NCBI GenBank assembly: GCA_044892525.1
Contig: CM097885.1
Location: 7,194,001 to 7,258,000 of the forward strand
Direction of reading: 5' to 3'
Origin: Schmidtea polychroa
Lineage: Eukaryota
Length of the DNA: 64,000 nucleotides
This document shows positions 55,101 through 64,000 of the stretch, piece by piece. A program made the translations under genes and the position numbers. Position 1 is the stretch's first letter. Each line of letters opens with the position of its first letter. The notes beneath the pieces were generated by a model. The model was given only the letters and a program-made list of their open reading frames with translations. It was not told where the DNA came from and made no database searches.

Positions 55101-57867
55101 TCCCAGGACCATCGAGACCCCCTCACTATAGTCTGAAAATTCCTTGGCTTTTTTAGTGTAGACCGGCTTTTTGTATTGAAAAAAATTTTTTGTATTGAAA
55201 ATCCCAGGACCATCGAGACTCCCTCACTATAGTCTGAAAAATCCTTGGCTTTTTTAGTGGTAGTCGGATTTTTGTATAGAAAAATTTAATTTGTATCGAA
55301 AATCCCAGGACCATCGAGACCCCCTCACTATAGTCTGAAAATTCCTTGGCTTTTTTAGTGTAGACCGGCTTTTTGTATTGAAAAAAATTTTTTGTATTGA
55401 AAATCCCAGGACCATCGAGACCCCCTCACTATAGTCTGAAAATTCCATGCTTTTTTAGTGAGACCGCCTTTTTGTATTGAAAAAATTTTATTTGTATTGA
55501 AAATCCCAGGACCATCGAGACCCCCTCACTATAGTCTGAAAAATCCTTGGCTTTTTTAGTGTAGACCGCCTTTTTGTATTGAAAAAATTTTTTTGTATTG
55601 AAAATCCCAGGACCATCGAGACCCCCTCACTATAGTATGAAAATTCCATGCTTTTTTATTGAAGACCGCCTTTTTGTATTGAAAAAATTTTATTTGTATT
55701 GAAAATCCCAGGACCATCGTTTTTGTATGGAAAAAATTTTATTTGTATTGAAAATCCCAGGACCATCGAGACCCCCTCACTATAGTGTGAAAATTCCATG
55801 CTTTTTTAGTGGTAGTCGGATTTTTGTATAGAAAAATTTTTTTTGTATTGAAAATCCCAGGACCATCGTTTTTGTATAGAAAAATTTTTTTTGCATTGAA
55901 AATCCCAGGACCATCGAGACCCCCTCACTATAGTGTGAAAAATTGCGTAATCAAAAGTTGCAACAAAAAAATTACGGCAACAAAAAAAAAGTTGCAACAA
56001 CCCCCCCCCCCCCCCCCCGGGGGGTAATTGTTGCCGTAAGCCACTATCTACCTACTAACATAAAACAAAACGCAACTAGAAATGCCACTGATCCGTATAT
56101 ACATATTATAAGAACTTTTTTTAATTTTCACTACTGATTTCTTTCAAATTGATATTGTATTTATACAAACATATTTTCATATTTATCCTATTTTATTTTT
56201 AAACTAGAAGTGCTTTCCTATATTTAAAAGTAATTTCCAAACGGTATAAATAGGATGAGGGTATATTTTAAAAATTGAGATATTTAATGTTCTACTTTTA
56301 TATATTTTATATCACTTTCATATTGATGTAATTTGCAATAGATCATGAATGTGGCTACAATACAGCTATTTCTCTTGATTCTGATCAACCAAACTCTGAT
56401 CGCTAGGAGTTATACTGTAGGTAAGAGATTTATTATACTTTTTAGGTATCCACCAATAAAGGCGCAGAAAAATTTATATTAAATCGTGAATTAAGTATTT
56501 ATAATGTTGGGTTTTTAATGCAAGTCGGTACTACGGTCTGACTCCTTTGTGTTCTTTTCCAAATAAATAAATAAACAAATAACCCAACACAAAATCTTTA
56601 TTGACACTGATGCAGTTACACTTTTACACTTGTATTAGTTTACTCACACTTGATACAATCAGGTTTTGTCTGCACTTTTCAATTGCCAACAAATCTCACG
56701 CAGGGGTAGATCTTCCAACGGGAGATATCCCTTTCTGGTACGTTCGATTTTTTTTTAAATGGTTTACTTTCGACTAACTTTGATATTTCCTTTTTCACTC
56801 TCGTCAACTTCTGTTTTCTTTTCTTCGACCAACTGGCATTTTGTTTTCTTGTCAGTTGCTTTTATACTCGCTTGTTAATTGACTTTATTTTTGCCAATTA
56901 TTTTTGGTTTTATTTCCCCCGGGCTTCCTCTTGGAGGTCTAATTTAATTGAAGGGAATTTGCTCATTTCCTTTGACGGCGCATTTTATCCGGCTAAATTA
57001 ATTGCCTTCCCGAAATTGAATTTCTCAATTCGCTCGGGTTTTCCATTGTATCGGGTTTCCCATTAGCTCGGGTTCTCCATTAGCTCGGGTTTTCCATTAG
57101 TTAATTAATTTTTAATTAATTTTTGTTTTTTGTAATTTATTCCTTTTAGGGACCCCCATTGATTTTATTTTATTATAGCTGAACTCGTCTCATTATTTAG
57201 CATCCGCCCATACCAGTTTCCCCCAGAAAATATTCATTTTTTAAAATTTTTGATTTTTAATTAATATTTTGTACTTTAAATTTTTATTTTGAATTTGGTG
57301 TTTTTGTCAATTTTCACCTCATTTTTGTGCCTCTCTTGTTGAACCCCAACATATCTCCCCCCTTTAATTTAGATTCGACCTCGAATCTGCATCTATATAA
57401 TAAGTCTAATTTACTATACAGTAATAACAATAATAATAATAATAAAAATGGATTGCTATCTACCTATTTTAGCTATTGCCTTTGCCAATGATTTTAAATC
57501 TGAGATATTTTATTCTGAAATTCCTTATTCGACTCCCCCCCATCATCCTCACACTACTTAATATAAATAATAATGTTAATACTAATAACAATAATAATGA
57601 CGATAATAATACTACCGATAATAATAACAATAGTTCCTACCGATAACAATAATAACGATAATAACAATAATAACAATAATAACAATAATAATACTAATAA
57701 TAATAATAACAATAATAATATTAACAATAACAACAATAACAATAATAACAATAATTATTATACCTAATTATTATATATAATTATTATATTATGATTTTTT
57801 TTTTTTTTTTTTTTGAATAATAATACTGATAATAATTCCTAATGATCACAATAATAAGGATAATAAC

Positions 57868-57901
<34 letters not shown>

Positions 57902-58027
57902 GTAATAATAAACATAATAAAATATAATTATATAACAATGAGATTTTCACTAAAGAAAACTCTAAAGAAAACTTAAATCTTAAATCTTAAATCTTAAAAT
58001 AAAGTCTAATAATAATACCAATAATAA

Positions 58028-58168
58028 TAATATATAAGCAATATATAAATATTTTAGATATTTTCTCAAAATTAACAAGCAATATATAAATATTTTAGAT
58101 ATTTTCTCAAAATTAACAAATAATATATAAGCAATATATAAATATTTTAGATATTTTCTCAAAATTAA
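58028..58168. repeat. Three ~47-60 bp tandem units; separate 30-bp tandem duplication at ~58470-58529
   Basis: AGCAATATATAAATATTTTAGATATTTTCTCAAAATTAA three times; TCCCACCACAAATTGAATTTGATGACAATT twice. Confidence 0.9.
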
Positions 58169-60343
58169 TACGAAAGGGAATTGAATTCCACTCGTTAGTG
58201 GTGAATGAAAGCTTTCATATAACCACCATCTAACAGAGAGACTATGTTTAGCGACGACATAAAATTTCTGACAAATTTCATTGTTGAAATTCGATTTATA
58301 AATAAATCTAATTTAGGGAGATTAGTATTTTCGTTAAATTCTCAGATGAATCAAAGTCACCCCCATCTCCCCAATGGCCATTAAGTGCAGAAACACTTCT
58401 ACAAAGACATCGCAATGACAATCATCCTGATAATTCTCAAATATCAGTGCTCACAAGAGAAGTCAAAACTTCCCACCACAAATTGAATTTGATGACAATT
58501 CCCACCACAAATTGAATTTGATGACAATTTAAAGAAATTCTACTTGAAATTCAATTTGCCTGCGATTGTTCCACGAAAAATAAATTTTCAGATCCCAGCC
58601 AATAATTTTGGTGCCTTAAATGGCTTCTGATTGGCTGTTTTTCTAGGTAAGAAATTTTATTTTTTCTACTTATTTGGATTTAGAAAATATTCAACCATTT
58701 TCTATTAATTATTGTGATGTGCAACAAAATGAGAAAAAGATTATTACTGGAAATCAATGTTCTGGGGGTGCATTCAATTCTAATACGTTTAACCAATTAT
58801 GCTACTTCTCTGAGAAGCACCCAAAAATTACTTTGGGATCCATTAATCAACTAAGAAAACATGGCGATTATTGGGAAGTCATTTTTTTTATTGTACAGTG
58901 GGAGGCTTAATTTTTTTGATATCTTGAAGTTTTAAAAGCAAATATTTTCGAAAATGACTTCTGAACTTTAGAAAGCAATTACTTTGAATATTCGAATACC
59001 GAAATTTATGATAATTATTTGAATAAATTAATTTCGCTAGAACTTTATCAGAATATTTCTATGATGTTTTCATTTAGATTATATTTCATATTTGGGGTTG
59101 GAAAAATTATATTTTTACTGTCAACAAAATGGGTGTATTGTGTTTCTTTCTATTAGTAAACAATATTTTCTCTTTAAACTATAAATTTGATTTCAAAATT
59201 TAGAAATTTCCTCATTTTATTATCGAATTGTTCTCGCAACAATTTGTTAAAACTTATTTTCGAAGCTTTTTATGCGAAAAAATTCATGTTAAATGCTAAA
59301 ATAAAAGTTTATCAGAAAGTTTGTTTAGAAGACTCCGTGCGGTATCTGCTAACAAATGTCAAATTTTGGATGAACATCAGATTTGTTTTGGAAAATTTTC
59401 ATCACAAATGTGGAGCCCAATATTTCAGCTACCCAATGAAATAATTATCTTTTTCTTTTTAATTCTAATTAGGTTGCCATTTCTTTCTCCAAAAATGTTT
59501 TAGTTGGTACTGTTAGCACTGAATTACTGATAAAATCTGATGATCGATGTAGAGACTTCGTTGATGAAACACAGAATTATTTATTATTACCTCAAGATCG
59601 TCCTCTTATGTAGGTGGATAAATTTTTGTTAATATAAACTTATATTGATTATTTATTATATTGTGTAAAATAACTTTCAGATTCTTTGATGATTTAATAC
59701 AATAAATTGAAACATATACTTAAAATTAATTACCGCAATTGTCACTGTATTAACTGGAAATTGAAAATCTATTTCCAACTTAAAATGGTGCGTCGAAACA
59801 TGAATGTTGTTGATTTCGAAGCGATATGAAACCATGAAGTATGTAGATATTAATTAATATAATTTTGTTGATTTTTTTTACACTATTTGAAATTCAATTG
59901 TCATGGGCCAATTTATAAAATTATATTTAGTTATCAAAGCAAAATAGTCTATACTCAAATTTTATGCCTAGATATAAATAAATGGTTTTGGATAAATAAA
60001 TATAGATATAGAGACACCGAGATACACAGAGAAACTTATAACCAAATGTAGATTTAGATACAATATAGTTCCATTTATTCATAAACGATTTCAATGGAAA
60101 AATCAATGACTACTGACAACCACACATTTCCAATTGTTGTCCAGGGTAGCCAAACTCCGACAATTGGAAACGTGTTTGTTGTTATACACAATAATAAGTT
60201 TATTTATTTATTTAATCATTTATTTACTCTCAATTATTTACTTATTTATTCTTATTTTGGGGTCTAACTGATGCGCTGTCAATAAATACATGAGACAAAA
60301 TCGAGTTCACAATTATTTATTTTATAAATACAATATATAAAAA

Positions 60344-61813
60344 TTAATCCATCTTTATTTCTAATCGTTTCGTTTCATGCCGATATCGTATTATTGTTTC
60401 TTCGCGTTCATATACTACACCATTGACAGTAACAGTGTCTCCGACATCAATGTTCGAAGTTGTTTTTCTCTTTTTGGATTTTCTACATTCTGGCATTGGA
60501 CCATATTCAAGTGTTGGATGTATCCTTATCATCGAAATGCTTTCCATTAATGCGACACCTTCTTCCGCAATTTCTAAGAATGATTCATTGGCCCACTTCA
60601 ATTGAATCAATGGATTTTCACTATCCATCGTCACATTCTCCTCGAATGTTAGATCAATTTCTTCAGATTCCATTACATCTTCAATTGGAATTTGCGTTAG
60701 TTTTTCTGGTATTGCAGTTGATGTTGATTCAATTTCCCGAAGCTTCTTATATTCGTCCCACGAATATCGCTTTGACGGTTGATTTTTGGGCATCGGTATG
60801 TCATCAATCCATTGACTTTCTACTTTCTGGTATACCTTGCGTATACTTTTCACGTCCTCGAGAGCCGAATGCACACCAATTTGTGTCTCTTCTCCACATA
60901 TTTCTCTCACTACGGTTTGTAATTTGAACCATTCTCCTTTCCTGGTTACTCCCCTGTTTTGGAGTGCTGGTGCCGCTGCCAAATCACGAATGCCATATAA
61001 TTGCTCAATCCATATTCCCAAATATTGTAATTCTGCATGTAAATCATGGCCCACTAGTATCTTGCCAACTGTCAATTGTTGGATGTCCTTTGTTGCCACA
61101 TATTGATCGCATTGATTCCTGCTAGCTACTTCCGTGATTCCGTGAATCCTTGAATTAAAATGGCGAATTTTTCCTCTTGGAGTCAAGTATATATTCTTTA
61201 TTATTTTTCCATAATAATTCATAATCGCTAGTGCTAGAGGGACCATTTTTCCTTGTTCAGACGTGCCATATTCTGCATCAATAAACAATATTCTGTTGCG
61301 GATTTCTTCCAAATCCATTTCCTTTCTGAGAAACGACATTTTCCTTTTCAACATTTCTTTCGAAATTTTCATTAACATTGGATCTTCTCTTGCACTTGGC
61401 TGCATCTGCGGAACTTCGTTCGCTTCATTTTCGATTCTGATTTCCACTACCATGGTTGTTTCTTCATTCGCTGCTCGTAACGTTCTCCACATGAAGTCTC
61501 TCTGCAGCTTCCATGATGTGAATTTTCGGAGTTGCCACCATATTGTATTATCGTTCTTCAGCACTTCCACTGTACCTCTGATCACGTGTATGTGATATTC
61601 TTCCTTCTGAGACAACTCAATTTCATCTGTCAATTTCAATTCTGAATTTCTCCTTATTGTAAACATTCGTATCTTCATTCTTCTGTCATCTATCCGCAAA
61701 TAATTTGGAATTTGTAAATTTTCATTGATTTCGTATAATTGTTGGCTGGCATGATTTTTCTGCATCTTGAAGTAACTGTCGTAGGTGGATCTTGCCCATT
61801 GTACTTGTTCCAT
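60344..61813 (-). CDS. DEDDh 3'-5' exonuclease (REXO4/ISG20-like domain) with unrecognised N- and C-terminal extensions, 489 aa
   Basis: ExoI FIDAEYG, IHGIT, ExoII ILVGHDLHAE, IRDLA, ExoIII HSALEDV. Uninterrupted ORF with a basic RKSKKRK patch. Confidence 0.85.
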   Translation of the reverse strand: MEQVQWARSTYDSYFKMQKNHASQQLYEINENLQIPNYLRIDDRRMKIRMFTIRRNSELKLTDEIELSQKEEYHIHVIRGTVEVLKNDNTIWWQLRKFTSWKLQRDFMWRTLRAANEETTMVVEIRIENEANEVPQMQPSAREDPMLMKISKEMLKRKMSFLRKEMDLEEIRNRILFIDAEYGTSEQGKMVPLALAIMNYYGKIIKNIYLTPRGKIRHFNSRIHGITEVASRNQCDQYVATKDIQQLTVGKILVGHDLHAELQYLGIWIEQLYGIRDLAAAPALQNRGVTRKGEWFKLQTVVREICGEETQIGVHSALEDVKSIRKVYQKVESQWIDDIPMPKNQPSKRYSWDEYKKLREIESTSTAIPEKLTQIPIEDVMESEEIDLTFEENVTMDSENPLIQLKWANESFLEIAEEGVALMESISMIRIHPTLEYGPMPECRKSKKRKTTSNIDVGDTVTVNGVVYEREETIIRYRHETKRLEIKMD

Positions 61814-62248
61814 TTTTGCTAAAATAGTTATAATTTAACGTTTGAATTTAATTTACTTTTAAAACTAGGGCTGAGATGAAGTATCCGAAGGATACTGTCC
61901 CAGCTGCTAGCTGTATAAATAATAATAATAATAATAATTACCGTTTAGTTAATTGTTGATATATATTTTTTTTTTTTTGAAAATTAATGGAGTTTAATGG
62001 ATTTTACCCTCTTTTAATACCCTTATGAAAATTCCCTTAACCCCGTTTTTCTCTCCCCCTTAACACAGCGCTAACCAATCAAATTGGTTCTTTCCGTTGA
62101 CATTGAAAAGTGCAGATTCACAAGTAAAATAAAATGAAATATTGATCATATCCATAATGAAATAAAATATTAATAATATCCATAAAATATTTGTACTATA
62201 TTGCTACTACTACTTTATCAATTTTGCATGCAAAGTATTTATGTCTTA

Positions 62249-64000
62249 CTACACAAATGTTTCTTCATAAACGATCCAAGGTCTCGCAATCTCGGATCGA
62301 CTCGTAGAAGGTTTGGGTATTGTTCGAAATTCAATTAGCACAATGATAATGAGAATAATGAGAGAGATTGTTATAATGAGAGTAGTTATTAATAATGTGA
62401 CACACACAATTTCACTGTCAGTTTTTAATGACGATATGGTTTCGTTATTAGTCATTGACTCATTGATGCTAGAGAAGATGATTACGTTGGCAGAGCTAGG
62501 GGTTCGGTTGGACTGATTTGATTTGTTTCGATTTCCATACTGCGAGCTAATAGATGGAATTTGCACAATTTTATTTTCCACTAATGTTAATTGCCATAAA
62601 TTTGAAAATAGAGAACGTCTATAGTATTTTATTTTAATGAACACAAATTTTGACGTTGATATTGGTGAACGTTGACGAAAAGTTAATATTTGAGATTTAT
62701 TTTTTTCATTTAATATCGATTGAATTTTTCCATAATAATATAAAATAGCTTTTTGATTGGGCTCCGCTTGTCGGGTAACGTTCACTAATTGATTGAAAAT
62801 ATGAAAAGTAACCCGATTTGTTTCATTAACTAATCGTATCATATGTTGACTAGAGTCTATTCTGATCCATTGACTATCAATTTCAGTTCCGTTTTCATAT
62901 AAAGATTTTTCATAATAGTGAATCAGAATATTATAGTTATGATGTAATTTTAAATTTACATACTTTATAAAGGGTTTTCTGCTATTCAATGTATCTATCG
63001 CATAATTTTGAAAAACTGCTTTTACTTGTTGGGATTCCTGGGGTTCCCAAAATATGTCAATTCCATTTACCAGTGGTTCAATTGATACTCGATTATGTAA
63101 TCTCTTTGTCCAAATATTAATACGTATAAGATTTTGTATTTTTGTATTATTACTTTTCGAATCCAATTGCGTAATTAACCAAGGGTATTCATAATTCATT
63201 GTTAATTGTCTAGCCACATAAATATTTTTGGTGCTGTTCAATTTTATTGGGGGTTCGAAATAGTTTATTAGATTATCTATCTCTATTTCTTCTGCTCCTC
63301 CAGCATAATAAACCCAAACTATTTGAGTACATGTTGAATAAATATGAACTTTGTCTAATAATACAACTGTATTAGTTGCATATAACGGGAATACTCTCAC
63401 TGCATTTACTGACATTATATTGATAATCATTACTGTTGTAATCAATAAAACTTTATTGATGTAACTCAATGGAGCAGGGTTTTTTGTAAACTTTTGTTTA
63501 ATTACTGGGTTCCCTGCATCTTTATTTGGTTTTGATCTCAATGGATAACGTGATTCATCTTCTATTATCTTCTTGCATCTGTTTACATGAACGATGATTG
63601 TCCCAGCCTTTTTATTGTTTTGTGGACGCAATTTTAAGTTAGTCTCTGTCGTATCACACACTAGATATGGTCCTTTAAACGGTCGTTGCAATTTCGTTGA
63701 CAAGCCTTTTGTTGGTTCTGGTTTGTTTATATACACGAGATCTCCAATTTTAATGTCATGCGCCCGTGCGCGTTTATCATAGCATTCTTTATACGCTTCT
63801 TGATGATGCCTTATGTTAAGTCCAGCTTGGATCCATACTGACTGTAGTCTTTCATGCATAGCTATTTTATAATCTGACACATCCATATATTGGGAAATAG
63901 GTGACTGAAATTCTAGATCGACTGGCATATTGTTTCGCCGTAGATACATGAGATAAAAGGGTGTTTCTCCAGTGCTTTCATTTACTGCATTCCGGTATGC
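62249..64000 (-). CDS. Ty3/gypsy integrase C-terminus (GPY/F) fused in frame to a predicted type-I membrane protein; ORF open beyond the window edge
   Basis: AYRNAVNESTGETPFYLMY, IKIGDLVYI, LQRPFKGPYLV, IVHVNRCK, then hydrophobic VLLITTVMIINIMSVNA, an N-x-S/T-rich region, TM IVCVTLLITTLIITISLIILIIIVLI and a tail ending EETFV. Confidence 0.88.
   Translation of the reverse strand, partial: AYRNAVNESTGETPFYLMYLRRNNMPVDLEFQSPISQYMDVSDYKIAMHERLQSVWIQAGLNIRHHQEAYKECYDKRARAHDIKIGDLVYINKPEPTKGLSTKLQRPFKGPYLVCDTTETNLKLRPQNNKKAGTIIVHVNRCKKIIEDESRYPLRSKPNKDAGNPVIKQKFTKNPAPLSYINKVLLITTVMIINIMSVNAVRVFPLYATNTVVLLDKVHIYSTCTQIVWVYYAGGAEEIEIDNLINYFEPPIKLNSTKNIYVARQLTMNYEYPWLITQLDSKSNNTKIQNLIRINIWTKRLHNRVSIEPLVNGIDIFWEPQESQQVKAVFQNYAIDTLNSRKPFIKYVNLKLHHNYNILIHYYEKSLYENGTEIDSQWIRIDSSQHMIRLVNETNRVTFHIFNQLVNVTRQAEPNQKAILYYYGKIQSILNEKNKSQILTFRQRSPISTSKFVFIKIKYYRRSLFSNLWQLTLVENKIVQIPSISSQYGNRNKSNQSNRTPSSANVIIFSSINESMTNNETISSLKTDSEIVCVTLLITTLIITISLIILIIIVLIEFRTIPKPSTSRSEIARPWIVYEETFV

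Larger units (their letters stand above)
39971..56056. mobile_element. Non-autonomous Polinton/Maverick-like element forming a giant inverted repeat (arms 39971-46734 and 48914-56056)
   Basis: Ends AGTAGGTAGATAGTGG... / ...CCACTATCTACCTACT. AACATA on both sides (39965-39970, 56057-56062). Arms are near-identical reverse complements with no genuine ORFs. Confidence 0.88.

Noticed and set aside
39971..56056. Fold-back read or assembly artefact
   Set aside because: Considered unlikely: exact 6-bp TSD, unique flanks, asymmetric spacer and differences between arms. Read-level confirmation is still needed.
56520..57215. Possible solo LTR with 17-bp internal repeats
   Set aside because: Could not define TG...CA ends with a TSD.
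58340..59620. Possible exon fragments of a spliced gene
   Set aside because: Some splice-like sites, but no consistent frame or recognisable domain.

Overview
Very AT-rich eukaryotic DNA. The 42-50 bp introns, TRAF gene and transposon mix suggest a planarian-type flatworm, but that is inference. The window is mostly transposons and their relics, plus one intact spliced TRAF-family gene (14986-16463), a spliced coiled-coil gene on the minus strand (36887-39046) and a GLRX5 pseudogene. Main results: (1) a 16.1-kb gene-less Polinton/Maverick-like element (39971-56056) with AG...CT ends and a 6-bp AACATA target duplication, built as a giant fold-back of ~6.8 and ~7.1 kb inverted arms; a relic sharing its repeats at the window start is joined to a Polinton protease fragment. 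(2) A Ty3/gypsy element at the right edge whose integrase ORF continues in frame into a predicted glycosylated type-I membrane protein ending in a PDZ-binding motif, followed by an intact intronless DEDDh (REXO4/ISG20-like) exonuclease gene. (3) Three diverged copies of a ~131-nt motif with covarying stems at LTR-like ends. (4) Three degenerate minimal hammerhead ribozymes near Penelope-like relics. All calls are by eye; no searches or alignments were run.
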